The translations under genes and the position numbers were made by a program. Under the pieces are notes generated by a model. It was not told the DNA's origin. It did no database searches and saw only the letters and a list, made by a program, of their open reading frames with translations. DNA of 64,000 nucleotides from Pecten maximus (taxonomy: Eukaryota): NCBI RefSeq assembly GCF_902652985.1, contig NC_047024.1, positions 29,140,001-29,204,000 of the forward strand, read 5' to 3'. The first letter of the stretch is position 1. The number at the start of each line of letters is the position of its first letter. This document shows positions 14,501 to 28,780 of the stretch, piece by piece.

Positions 14501-17500
14501 AGACATCATGTATATGTATGAAAAGATCACCTGTACCACGTGACATCATGTATATGTACTGAGAGATTACCTGTACCACGTGATATCATGTATAGGAATT
14601 GAGATAACACCTGTACCACGTGACATCATGTATATGTATTGAGAGATCACTTGTACCACGTGACATAATGTATATATATATTGAGAGATCACCTGTACCA
14701 AATGATATCATGTATATGTATTGAGATATCACCTGTACCACGTGACATCATGTAGATGCATTGAGATACCACATGTACCACGAGACATCGTGTATAGGTA
14801 TTGAGATAACACCTGTACCACGAGACATCATGTAGATGTACTGAGAATTCACCTGTACCACGTGACATCGTGTATATATATATTGAGAGATCATCTGTAC
14901 CACGTGCCATCATGTATATGTATTGAGCGATCATCTGTACCACGTGACATCATGTATATCTACTGAGAGATCACCTGTACCACGTGACATCATGTATATC
15001 TACTGAGAGATCACCTGTACCACGTGACATCATGTATAGGTATTGAGAGATCATCTGTACCACGTGACATCATGTATATCTACTGAGAGATCACCTGTAC
15101 CACGTGACATCATGTATATGTATTGAGCGATCATCTGTACCACGTGACATCATGTATATCTACTGAGAGATCACTTGTACCACGTGACATCATGTATATA
15201 TATATTGAGAGATCACCTGTACCAAATGACATCATGTATATGTATTGAGATATCACCTGTACCACGTGACATCATGTAGATGTATTGAGAGATCATCTGT
15301 ACCACGTGACATCATGAATATGTATTAAGACATCACCTACCACGAGACATCATGTAGATGTATTGAGAGATCACTTGTACCACGTGACATCATGTAGATG
15401 TATTGAGAGGTCACCTGTACCACGTGACATCATGTAGATGTATTTAGAGATCACCTGTACCACGAGACATCATGTATATGTATGAAAAGATCACCTGTAC
15501 CACGTGACATCATGTATATGTACTGAGAGATTACCTGTACCACGTGATATCATGTATAGGAATTGAGATAACACCTGTACCACGTGACATCATGTATATG
15601 TATTGAGATATCACTTGTACCACGTGACATAATGTATATATATATTAAGAGATCACCTGTACCAAATGACATCATGTAGATGCATTGAGATACCACCTGT
15701 ACCACGAGACATCGTGTATAGGTATTGAGATAACACCTGTACCACGAGACATCATGTAGATGTACTGAGAATTCACCTGTACCACGTGACATCATGTATA
15801 TATATATTGAGAGATCATCTGTACCACGTGACATCATGAATATGTATTAAGACATCACCTACCACGAGACATCATGTAGATGTATTTAGAGATCGCCTGT
15901 ACCACGTGACATCATGTAGATGTATTGAGAGATCACCTGTACCACGTGACATCATGTAGATGTATTTAGAGATCACCTGTACCACGAGACATCATGTATA
16001 TGTATGAAAAGATCACCTGTACCACGTGACATCATGTATATGTATTAAGAGATCAACTGTACCACGAGACATCATGTATATATATGAAAAGATCACCTGT
16101 ACCACGAGACATCATGTATATGTACTGAGAGATCACCTGTACCACTTGATATCATGTATAGGAATTGAGATAACACCTGTACCACGTGACATCATGTATA
16201 TGTATTGAGAGATCACTTGTACCACGTGACATCATGTATATATATATTGAGAGATCACCTGTACCAAATGACATCATGTATATGTATTGAGATATCACCT
16301 GTACCACGTGACATCATGTAGATGCATTGAGATACCACCTGTACCACGAGACATCGTGTATAGGTATTGAGATAACACCTGTACCACGAGACATCATGTA
16401 GATGTACTGAGAATTCACATGTACCACGTGACATCATGTATATATATATTGAGAGATCATCTGTACCACGTGACATCATGTATATGTATTGAGAGATCGC
16501 CTGTACCACGTGACATCATGTAGATGTATTTAGAGATCACCTGTACCACGAGACATCATCTATATGTATGAAAAGATCACCTGTACCACGTGACATCATG
16601 TATATGTATTGAGAGATCAACTGTACCACGAGACATCATGTATATGTACTGAGAGATCACCTGTACCACGAGACATCATGTATATGTACTGAGAGATCAC
16701 CTGTACCACGTGATATCATGTATAGGAATTGAGATAACACCTGTACCACGTGACATCATGTATATGTATTGAGAGATCACTTGTACCACGTGACATAATG
16801 TATATATATATTGAGAGATCACCTGTACCAAATGATATCATGTATATGTATTGAGATATCACCTGTACCACGTGACATCATGTAGATGCATTGAGATACC
16901 ACCTGTACCACGAGACATCGTGTATAGGTATTGAGATAACACCTGTACCACGAGACATCATGTAGATGTACTGAGAATTCACCTGTACCACGTGACATCA
17001 TGTATATATATATTGAGAGATCATCTGTACCACGTGACATCATGAATATGTATTAAGACATCACCTACCACGAGACATCATGTAGATGTATTCAGAGATC
17101 ACCTGTACCACGTGACATCATGTAGATGTATTGAGAGATCAACTGTACCACGAGACATCATGTATATGTATGAAAAGATCACCTGTACCACGTGACATCA
17201 TGTATATGTATTGAGAGATCAACTGTACCACGAGACATCATGTATATATATGAAAAGATCACCTGTACCACGAGACATCATGTATATGTACTGAGAGATC
17301 ACCTGTACCACGTGATATCATGTATAGGAATTGAGATAACACCTGTACCGCGTGACATCATGTATATGTATTGAGAGATCACTTGTACCACGTGACATCA
17401 TGTATATATATATTGAGAGATCACCTGTACCAAATGACATCATGTATATGTATTGAGATATCACCTGTACCACGTGACATCATGTAGATGCATTGAATTA

Positions 17501-20500
17501 CCACCTGTACCACGAGACATCGTGTATAGGTATTGAGATAACACCTGTACCACGAGACATCATGTAGATGTACTGAGAATTCACATGTACCACGTGACAT
17601 CATGTATATATATATTGAGAGATCACCTGTAACACGAGACATCATGTATATGTATGAAAAGATCACCTGTACCACGTGACATCATGTATATGTATTGAGA
17701 GATCAACTGTACCACGAGACATCATGTATATGTACTGAGAGATCACCTGTACCACGTGACATCATGTATATGTACTGAGAGATCACCTGTACCACGTGAT
17801 ATCATGTATAGGAATTGAGATAACACCTGTACCACGTGACATCATGTATATGTATTGAGAGATCACTTGTACCACGTGACATAATGTATATATATATTGA
17901 GAGATCACCTGTACCAAATGATATCATGTATATGTATTGAGATATCACCTGTACCACGTGACATCATGTAGATGCATTGAGATACCACCTGTACCACGAG
18001 ACATCGTGTATAGGTATTGAGATAACACCTGTACCACGAGACATCATGTAGATGTACTGAGAATTCACATGTACCACGTGACATCATGTATATATATATT
18101 GAGAGATCATCTGTACCACGTGACATCATGTATATGTATTGAGAGATCGCCTGTACCACGTGACATCATGTAGATGTATTTAGAGATCACCTGTACCACG
18201 AGACATCATGTATATGTATGAAAAGATCACCTGTACCACGTGACATCATGTATATGTATTGAGAGATCAACTGTACCACGAGACATCATGTATATGTACT
18301 GAGAGATCACCTGTACCACGAGACATCATGTATATGTACTGAGAGATCACCTGTACCACGTGATATCATGTATAGGAATTGAGATAACACCTGTACCACG
18401 TGACATCATGTATATGTATTGAGAGATCACTTGTACCACGTGACATAATGTATATATATATTGAGAGATCACCTGTACCAAATGATATCATGTATATGTA
18501 TTGAGATATCACCTGTACCACGTGACATCATGTAGATGCATTGAGATACCACCTGTACCACGAGACATCGTGTATAGGTATTGAGATAACACCTGTACCA
18601 CGAGACATCATGTAGATGTACTGAGAATTCACCTGTACCACGTGACATCATGTATATATATATTGAGAGATCATCTGTACCACGTGACATCATGAATATG
18701 TAATAAGACATCACCTACCACGAGACATCATGTAGATGTATTCAGAGATCACCTGTACCACGTGACATCACGTAGATGTATTGAGAGATCAACTGTACCA
18801 CGAGACATCATGTATATGTATGAAAAGATCACCTGTACCACGTGACATCATGTATATGTATTGAGAGATCAACTGTACCACGAGACATCATGTATATATA
18901 TGAAAAGATCACCTGTACCACGAGACATCATGTATAGGAATTGAGATAACACCTGTACCACGTGACATCATGTATATGTATTGAGAGATCACTTGTACCA
19001 CGTGACATAATGTATATATATATTGAGAGATCACCTGTACCAAATGATATCATGTATATGTATTGAGATATCACCTGTACCACGTGACATCATGTAGATG
19101 CATTGAGATACCACCTGTACCACGAGACATCGTGTATAGGTATTGAGATAACACCTGTACCACGAGACATCATGTAGATGTACTGAGAATTCACCTGTAC
19201 CACGTGACATCATGTATATATATATTGAGAGATCATCTGTACCACGTGACATCATGAATATGTATTAAGACATCACCTACCACGAGACATCATGTAGATG
19301 TATTCAGAGATCACCTGTACCACGTGACATCATGTAGATATTGAGAGATCAACTGTACCACGAGACATCATGTATATGTATGAAAAGATCACCTGTACCA
19401 CGTGACATCATGTATATGTATTGAGAGATCAACTGTACCACGAGACATCATGTATATATATGAATAGATCACCTGTACCACGAGACATCATGTATATGTA
19501 CTGAGAGATCACCTGTACCACGTGATATCATGTATAGGAATTGAGATAACACCTGTACCGCGTGACATCATGTATATGTATTGAGAGATCACTTGTACCA
19601 CGTGACATCATGTATATATATATTGAGAGATCACCTGTACCAAATGACATCATGTATATGTATTGAGATATCACCTGTACCACGTGACATCATGTAGATG
19701 CATTGAGATACCACCTGTACCACGAGACATCGTGTATAGGTATTGAGATAACACCTGTACCACGAGACATCATGTAGATGTACTGAGAATTCACATGTAC
19801 CACGTGACATCATGTATATATATATTGAGAGATCACCTGTACCACGAGACATCATGTATATGTATGAAAAGATCACCTGTACCACGTGACATCATGTATA
19901 TGTATTGAGAGATCAACTGTACCACGAGACATCATGTATATGTACTGAGAGATCACCTGTACCACGTGACATCATGTATATGTACTGAGAGATCACCTGT
20001 ACCACGTGATATCATGTATAGGAATTGAGATAACACCTGTACCACGTGACATCATGTATATGTATTGAGAGATCACTTGTACCACGTGACATAATGTATA
20101 TATATATTGAGAGATCACCTGTACCAAATGATATCATGTATATGTATTGAGATATCACCTGTACCACGTGACATCATGTAGATGCATTGAGATACCACCT
20201 GTACCACGAGACATCGTGTATAGGTATTGAGATAACACCTGTACCACGAGACATCATGTAGATGTACTGAGAATTCACCTGTACCACGTGACATCATGTA
20301 TATATATATTGAGAGATCACCTGTAACACGAGACATCATGTATATGTATGAAAAGATCACCTGTACCACGTGACATCATGTATATGTATTGAGAGATCAA
20401 CTGTACCACGAGACATCATGTATATGTACTGAGAGATCACCTGTACCACGTGACATCATGTATATGTACTGAGAGATCACCTGTACCACGTGATATCATG

Positions 20501-21645
20501 TATAGGAATTGAGATAACACCTGTACCACGTGACATCATGTATATGTATTGAGAGATCACTTGTACCACGTGACATCATGTATATATATATTGAGAGATC
20601 ACCTGTACCAAATGATATCATGTATATGTATTGAGATATCACCTGTACCACGTGACATCATGTAGATGCATTGAGATACCACCTGTACCACGAGACATCG
20701 TGTATAGGTATTGAGATAACACCTGTACCACGAGACATCATGTAGATGTACTGAGAATTCACATGTACCACGTGACATCATGTATATATATATTGAGAGA
20801 TCATCTGTACCACGTGACATCATGTATATGTATTGAGAGATCGCCTGTACCACGTGACATCATGTATATGTATTGAGAGATCACCTGTACCACGTGACAT
20901 GATGTAGATACATTGAGATACCACCTGTACCACGTGACATCATGTATATGTATTGAGAGATCACCTGTACCACGTGACACCATGTAGATGCATTGAGAGA
21001 TCATCTGTACCACGAGACATCATGTATAGGTATTGAGAGATCACCTGTACCACGAGACATCATGTAGATACATTGAGATACCACCTGTACCACGTGACAT
21101 CATGTATATGTATTGAGAGATCACCTGTACCACGTGACATCATATAGATGCATTGAGAGATCATCTGTACCACGAGACATCATGTATAGGTATTGAGATA
21201 ACACCTGTACCACGAGACATCATGTAGATGTACTGAGAATTCACCTGTACCACGTGACATCATGTAAATATATATTGAGAGATCATCTGTACCACGTGAC
21301 ATCATGTATATGTATTGAGAGATCACCTGTACCACGTGACATCATGTATATGTATTGAGAGATCACCTGTACCACGTGACATCACGTAGATGCATTGAGA
21401 TACCACCTGTACCACGTGACATCATGAAGATGCAATGAGAGATCATCTGTACCATGTGACATCATGTATATGTATTGAGAGATCACCTGTACCACGTGAC
21501 ATCATGTAGATGCATTGAGAGATCACCTGTACCACGTGACATCATGTATATGTATTGAGAGATCACCTGTACCACGTGACACCATGTATATGTATTGAGA
21601 GATCACCTGTACCATGTGACATCATGTATATGTATTGAGTGATCA
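5528..21645. repeat. 40-bp satellite array (~16.1 kb, ~400 monomers) with higher-order repeats
   Basis: Consensus TGTACCACGTGACATCATGTATATGTATTGAGAGATCACC, with recurring 38-, 42- and 50-bp variants. All ORF-track hits here are translations of the repeat. Confidence 0.98.
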
Positions 21646-22562
21646 GGTTGGTAAAGTTAAAATGATAGAAGTTATATGACACAACCAATATGATATTTAA
21701 GAGTGATACGTTTCTATTTCTACACTGTCTCCTTCATCAGACCAATGTCCAATGTGGAGCGTACAAGCACTGTCTTGTGTAGTGTCCGAGATGGTAAAAG
21801 ATGTTTGTCTTTTGTGAACATAGCAATTATTCATATACAGATGATTTGTACACCATAGATCAGCAGGTTTCTAACGTATTGATTGACTGGTTGCAATAGC
21901 AAACGTTAGAAAAATAGACCCTATCCTACACTTAAATATGGCTTCCCCGAGTTTTAACACTCCATTTGTGTTCCCATTGAAATATCTAATAATTTCCGTT
22001 TTTTCCTGCTTTTCCTAAATTATAAACTTTGCGTTAGTACCAAACGTACAAATTAACTCCTAGTAATAAAATGAAAATACTCTATCTCGGATTTGGTAGG
22101 TACCTGCACCTTACATACGCCTACTCCATGTATGTGTCAGATAAGTGCGACCATACAGTGATGGTTTCTTTTCCTCTTTATAGACCATACATGTTATTTA
22201 AATTCATACATTTACGAGAGCATGGCCGCATAATTTGGTCAAATTAACATAGCGACCTAATTATAAAATATTCGTGGATAACAATCCGCTTGAAAAACAT
22301 GACGTTCATTGGCTACATGAATGCCATTCTAATTTGATTTGATAGTGGCGATGTGGCATATGATGGTATACCAATGTATTTGTCAACCACAACACTGAAA
22401 ATACGTGTCCTCTTAGTTTTCACCGAATATTATTCATTTTATCTACCAACATTGACTTTACCAAAATCACATTAACACTTTCCATATCTTCACCTTTTAT
22501 TGTGTCAAATATCATTATCTGAATGCTTAGAACAGTTTCGAATGGAAAATATATGTTGATTT

Positions 22563-23822
22563 TTAGTATCCACGGAATGTAAAGAGGGCGATAAGGTTTT
22601 TGCTTACAACTAATATCACAAAAAAGACAAAGTGGAGCACATCACAAAAAGACGCAATCTGTTTCCATGTGACCGTCACTGATTTGCTGACGTCATCATG
22701 TGACACGTCCTTCCGACTTCCGGTATGATCCAAGTGTTGTATCTCAACGTTTTCCTCTTGAATGCTATTCTGTTTTTTCGTTAGGTTGCTTTTTAATTGG
22801 TCATTTCCATGGTCATCCCTCGAGTAGCCCTCGTTAAATATACACTTTTCCATATTAGAGTTGTTACTTTCACTTCTAGAGACTTTGCAACACCAACATA
22901 CCGCACAAGTTAAATACTGGAGCCACATGGGGACCTTGCTGTCTTCCGGTTTGTGGTAGAGTCGAAGACCAAGCATGGCACATATTGTTGCCAATGTACT
23001 TATAAGTAGATCCGCGAGCAAGAAGTAAGACATGCGCGGAATGCTGGGTTCTGTCGTGTTCGGCAAGTTGTCGGACACTATTGTGAGAAAGACCGTCAGA
23101 GCGAGCAGGACTGTAATTGAGAAACTGACGCGCTCTCCTGATTCTGCCGGAAGTAGAAACACCAGTGTTGTAAGTATCCCCAGCACGCTGGCGGGTATAA
23201 AGATGTTCACTAAAATAAACACTGGGCGACGTCTAAACGTAATCGTCACAGTAAATTGCTCATATTCTTTTATTGTTTCAATTGAAATATTCGTTTTCAT
23301 GAGCTCCCATTGACCACTTGGGAAAAAGATGGGCGATCCGAGATTGCCTGTCATTTTGTGCAGTGTCATTTCTTTGTGGGGGATATACATCCACGGATTG
23401 AAGATAAGTTGGCATGTGTGCTCGTCAAAAGGATAGTAGGTTATGTCTGCAGCACATGTGACCTCGTATACGTCACCAGGCCACCAGTGCATTGTGCCGT
23501 TCGCAAATACACGAATATTCAACCTCTCAAATCCGAGAGGGTGAATGTTGTTATATGAATTACCCAGAAGCAGTTCCGGTTTCCAGACGTCGTTCTGGGG
23601 AATCAGAAATGTTGAAATACCTCCATAATGACTTGGGTTCCACATCATGTTGAAGTCGCCCCATTGTATCGTAAATAGTCCAGTGATAGCCAGTTTATTG
23701 TCTTTCTCTACGAATTCCTTGATATTTACCAGTGTGAATCCTATCTCGACGTGAGTTGGCAGCGTCAAGTCATTCGTCGGTCGTATGTTCTTGTTGTAAC
23801 TGCTGGTCAAGTTCTTGTATAG
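22563..23822 (-). CDS. Intronless nAChR-like Cys-loop receptor subunit (gene 1), 5' end lost in the assembly gap
   Basis: YNKNIRP, WKPELLL, Cys-loop CAADITYYPFDEHTC (C-x13-C), RRRP before M1, LPAESGERVSFSITVLLAL, M3 and M4. The frame extends upstream as LYKNL to a TAA at the contig edge; the signal peptide is missing. Confidence 0.92.
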   Translation of the reverse strand, partial: LYKNLTSSYNKNIRPTNDLTLPTHVEIGFTLVNIKEFVEKDNKLAITGLFTIQWGDFNMMWNPSHYGGISTFLIPQNDVWKPELLLGNSYNNIHPLGFERLNIRVFANGTMHWWPGDVYEVTCAADITYYPFDEHTCQLIFNPWMYIPHKEMTLHKMTGNLGSPIFFPSGQWELMKTNISIETIKEYEQFTVTITFRRRPVFILVNIFIPASVLGILTTLVFLLPAESGERVSFSITVLLALTVFLTIVSDNLPNTTEPSIPRMSYFLLADLLISTLATICAMLGLRLYHKPEDSKVPMWLQYLTCAVCWCCKVSRSESNNSNMEKCIFNEGYSRDDHGNDQLKSNLTKKQNSIQEENVEIQHLDHTGSRKDVSHDDVSKSVTVTWKQIASFCDVLHFVFFVILVVSKNLIALFTFRGY

Positions 23823-23827
23823 TTATC

Positions 23828-23927
23828 NNNNNNNNNNNNNNNNNNNNNNNNNNNNNNNNNNNNNNNNNNNNNNNNNNNNNNNNNNNNNNNNNNNNNNNNN
23901 NNNNNNNNNNNNNNNNNNNNNNNNNNN
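23828..23927. other. Assembly gap (100 N)
   Basis: Run of exactly 100 N, a typical placeholder for a gap of unknown size. Confidence 0.99.
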
Positions 23928-25054
23928 TATTTATTACTCAAACGTGCTTAAGACATCTTTTCTTTAATATTTGTTATAGAAAAAAGCATAGAGATTATTA
24001 CTCAAGTAGCGCTTCTTAGGTTGTTTAAATAAAAAATAAAATACCTTCAATGGAATATTCTAGTAATTACATATCAATATTGTCATATACATTTTTAAAA
24101 AGCAGGTATGCATTGTAACCTATTTGATTCAATACTATTAATGTTTTGCTCTTTAAAGTCCTAACATTATGAGCAGGAAAGAGTAATTTGAAAATCACAA
24201 ATCGTTTAAGAACAAGATATACCAAAACGTTCTCCTTATTTACTAATGAAAAAGTTAAACTGTATATCTCTTTTACAAATTCATCTCATCTTTGGAAGGT
24301 ACAACAGACTATTCAAGATGGGCTATTTCGAGTTTGGTGCTGCTCACCATGATACTGAAATGCTAATAGGTAGGAAATAGTTAGAACAGAATTTTAACAT
24401 ACAAAAACAGATACAAAAAAACGTGTAATTTCAAATATGTCGATGAATTGTGAATTACTCACGTTAAGTTAAGCGTACCCCTTTACGAATCCATGAATAA
24501 TTTATATCGATTTGTATATGTTTCTATTCATACAGGGAGTTCAGGTGTACAATGTAAACATTGTTTCCCCTCGACTTGACGTTTGTGTTAACTGTGTGTG
24601 ATAACAAACGCTCACATGATTAAGTAATTATGCATAAGAGCGAGATAAGTTAATAATGTACATTGATTATATCTTTGATGTGTAATGAATCCATAGATAC
24701 TGAAACCATATCAACTTGCATTTAATGGTGTCAGTTTTTTTTTCGCTTTGTTCAATCAAAAGCGATTATGATGTTAATTGTTCAGATCTGAATTTACACA
24801 AATATCGTTGATGATTGATGTAGTTTTAATCAATGTTTTTTTCGTTAAACAAATACACGTATTGCCAATATGCCTTTCTATTTACTTTTGTCATGTTTAC
24901 CTGTTCTTTCCCAGTTCCACTTGTGTCATTGAGCTGAACAATTTGTAAGGATGTTAGGGAAGGGGAGCCAACAAAACATTTCCTGCCTCGCGAAAACTTT
25001 GATATGTCAGCCACAGCTGCCATTTTGTAACATGATTGCGCAATCATGAGGTTT

Positions 25055-25755
25055 CTTGTTGGGTGTCTTCGGCCTCGGCAGTATGCTTCATTGAGGTAGC
25101 ACTATAAAGTCGGCATCAGTTCCGCGCTATCACAATATGGCAATAACAACAGAAACTGTATTTTACATACTTTAAAATAAAACCCCATATATAGTCACAT
25201 CATCCCAAAATTCAGTATTTGTATGCTTACTTAGTATGATACCTGTTTAAAGGACAATAGAGAGTAAGGCGAGCTGTATCCAACTGCATGCTTATCGTAG
25301 AAGGCGCCTTAAAGTTGGTCCCCTGAAGAATCGATTTCTACTGTCTATGGAAGGGACATTAAAGAGACCAGAAGAGATCTGCCTTTCTCCACATTGCACC
25401 ACTTCGGATACTAAATCTTTCCCCGCTGCTCTATATTTCTATGCTTAGTAATCATGCATAGGTGTCTCCTTGATACATGTCCTTATATGACCCTAGTTGT
25501 TTCGAGGACGTTAAACCTCTAAAACAAATAAAACCTTTGGCCGCATCGATCAGGATTTGTCTGTTTACGATAGCCTCCGATTCTCGCAGTTCTCACATAC
25601 TCCACAACATCTCCGTCGTGCTTTCAAAGAACGAAGGTCTCCCTGTAAGAGTTCGAGATATGAAGTGAGGTATACTGCTTCGTGTCGTCGACAGTATGCT
25701 TCAATGAGGTAGCACTATAAATCGGCAAAAGTTCCGGTCTGTCACAAGAAGAATT
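25055..25755 (+). mobile_element. Cluster of decayed SINE fragments (Meta-SINE-like core and shared 3' tail)
   Basis: GCAGTATGCTTCA-TGAGGTAGCACTATAAA-TCGGCA occurs at ~25079 and ~25691. The tail ATGACCCTAGTTGTTTCGAGGACGTTAAAC at ~25487 resembles the tail at 61380-61410. The family name is from recall. Confidence 0.6.
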
Positions 25756-28689
25756 AATGTAACCTTTCACATCCATTTCTTTTTTTTTCTAAATAACAAA
25801 TTCCTATAGCGACATGCTGATTATCGGGACATTATGCTTGACTACTCGTTCAAACTAACCCACAGAACTGTGATTACATTGTATCAACGCCAGTTGAAGA
25901 AGAAAACAGCATGCGTATCTATGTTTTGTAAAATATTTACCTGGTACAGCTCTACAAATCATGTGTAATTAGCCATAACTAATCTTGAAAAGACAGACAT
26001 GGTCACCGGTTATAAAAATCCGGATTGACGTTAGTCATGAAAAAGCGAAATTAGGTCGTTGCAAAACTAAGTTGGTTTTCTGATAGTTTCTGTAACAGTA
26101 TAATATGTCTAAAACTTCTGATCGAACCTCTTAACATACACAAAATAATGGACTATCTGACAGCCATTGGTCTTTCCAAAAAAGATGTGGCTAACATCAG
26201 CCACATTTACCTTTTCAAAGAATTTTCAAGAGGACGTTAAAACCCCAAAACAAAGACATTGTAATATGACGCAATCATGTCCTCATCGGCGATATTTCTG
26301 CTCAATGTTTCCATTTTAATCAAAACATACTTATCGGAGCACAGATATTTTGACAGAAATTCCTATATCATTTATAGCTGTCTTACGCATACGTACAATA
26401 TCATAGTGTGCGCTTTTGGTTATATTTGAATGTCCTGGCTGAGATCAACGAATTTACATTCGTGTCTTAAAGGACTTTTGGACGACCATCTTGAATGAGT
26501 TCACTCTCAAAATGTCACTATAAAAACATCTCAAGGTACTGCTTTGGAAAAATATTAATACAAATATCATTTAAAGTGAAAACAAAATAAATGTATTGAA
26601 AAATAACGTTTTAACACTACTATTAGGGCCTAGGTCAACTCGAAAAATGAACGAAAATCTTATTTACAAGGGTTCTAAAACTTGCATGAGCTTCATCTGT
26701 TACCATTCAGGATTACATAATCAGTTTTAGAAAATTACAAATGGCCTTCTGTAGCGAATTGAGAGATGTAGAGAATTAAGAATGCTTCGAAATTCCCTTT
26801 TATCCTTATCATGAGGTCATATCATAAAATAATCATCGAAACACACTCAAAAGATATTTTTGAAAAATTCATTTAAATTTTCTCCAAACTTTATTTCAAA
26901 ACTAGACAAAAGGGCTTCCTCTTATCGTTCTAAAAGAAGCAGAAGTAGGAACCACTTCAGTGTCCATGTCTGTTTATCGTTGAGGTGTTGAAAAAATGTC
27001 TAAAACTCTAAATATGAAATACTATGTTCAATCTGTTTGGTAGCCTCCATACCCAGTAATGAAGGTTATTGTATAGAAAAGTACCAAAGGACTAGTTTAC
27101 AATTACAAGTATGTTTAACCTGCCTTTTGTCTTTGATATAACTGTTAACACTTTTTCATACTGGTTTAAGTATGAGGTCTAAAAGTAGATATAACTTTGA
27201 GTAGTACTATTTGGTCCACCGAGGTTTGGACTGAAATATCAAAAGGATTTTTACAACTTTATATCAGTATGATTATTTTCCTCAATAACCTATGATCAAA
27301 CTATTATGCATATAATTTACAATAAATCTCTTTATCATGAAGGACGCGTCCTATGTTTGTATCTGATCATTGATAACGAGTTTCTGTATCAAAATCGTCA
27401 CTACTCATTGCACAAATTTCAGCATCACTATGTATGCTGTGTACATGTTCACAATAGAAACATATATTCATTATTACCACTGCACAGCCTGTGGTTTCTT
27501 TAATAATAATAGAAGGTCATTTTACAAGATATATCATCTTTTAAATGTTTCTGGTAATTATTTTCTAGAGGAAATATCTTTAAACTGTCAATAGCATATT
27601 TGGACTTTTAGGTGGTTTATTCTCTGTTTTGTTACATACTTTTGCCACTGTCTCAAACTAGAAATTCCTCCTTTTTTATCACAAAATTTATCACAAAGTC
27701 TACAATTTCTACAAAATTGTAAAATATCTGTGTTCAGTTTCTCGTGTTTACATTTTGCGGTAACTGGTCAAAACTTAAGACCTTTAAGTAACTGATTAAT
27801 TTCGTCCTAGACAGTTTTCGCGTTTTAATAGATTAATATCTGTTTATTTGTCACGGCCTTGTCTCTTATTGTTTTAATCCTCCGCCTTAACTTAGAATTT
27901 GACATTGTCGTAAAATGAATATTTACTTCCTGTCAAAAATGTTGTTCCCGGTATTTTTTTTTTATTCCTGGTGTTCCCTGGGCCACACAAATTATTTTTA
28001 TTTTTTATTGGAGGATTTCTCGTTCGCGGCGCGGTTTTATGTTATCCATCTGTCATCTTCTTTTTCTCTTTTGCCGTCTTTGGTCTTCACAGAGATCGAG
28101 TTGTCTGAAGAAGTATTGCATAAGAAGGTGAGGATATATCTCTGACATTAGTTGCAGATGGGGTGCTTGCCTTTGAGGGAATAATACTTAGAACATGGAA
28201 TGTTTTTATTCGGGGTACTTTAAAATTCCCGCTCGGAATGAAAAGTTGACTTCCATATTGTCCTCGTAACTATCCAATCAACCTTTTTTTCTTTGTACCT
28301 AATTCCTAATGAGTTTTCCTCTCCCGTTTGACATACTGGCCTTTTTTATCTTGGACTAATGTTTTTATCTCTGACGTTTTACGCATAATCTTTTTTCGTA
28401 TTCGAAGTTCATTAAAGCCGTTTATATCGCATGCTTCTGTCCTGTATCCTTTGCAACATCATTCGGTCAAAACGTTCTTCAAATACTGGGGTATATCTCT
28501 TCAATTATTCCTCTTATATAACCATGGTATATCTCAACTTCAGAAAAATATCCAATTTGATTGTTCTCTTTCGTTTAATTGTCTTTTACACGTATCATTG
28601 ATAATGGAATTCACGTACAGTCATTTTTGTTATTTTAAACTGTGATGATTCAAAGGTTTTGCTTAACTCGAAGTAAAAAATTAGTTTTA

Positions 28690-28780
28690 AATATACTCGG
28701 TAATCTCGAATACTCTGGGTATCTCGACGGAGGTTTTCATGATGCCCCAATTACTTCGAGATAACAAAGTTCGTCTGTAC
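28690..28780. mobile_element. Fragment of a Tigger/pogo-like MITE end
   Basis: Repeated ATCTCGA motifs, ending TTCGAGATAACAAAGTTCGTCTG-TA. Confidence 0.35.

Noticed and set aside
5528-21645. CRISPR-like array or repetitive protein gene (many MMSRGTG ORFs)
   Set aside because: There are no unique spacers and no cas genes, and the context is eukaryotic. The 40-bp period is not a multiple of 3, and the ORFs are short frame-hopping translations of the satellite.
21700-21870. Minus-strand ACTLHIGHWSD resembling a Cys-loop/loop B remnant
   Set aside because: Wrong Cys spacing, no FPFD/YPFD motif, and bounded by stops.
23032-23558. Antisense ORFs overlapping the receptor and transposase genes (also 30271, 37243, 42882, 44957, 46237, 52117)
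   Set aside because: These are shadow ORFs of real coding sequence with no independent motifs.
27400-28650. Possible decayed LINE in a pyrimidine-skewed tract
   Set aside because: The strand skew is suggestive, but I could not recover convincing RT or endonuclease motifs.
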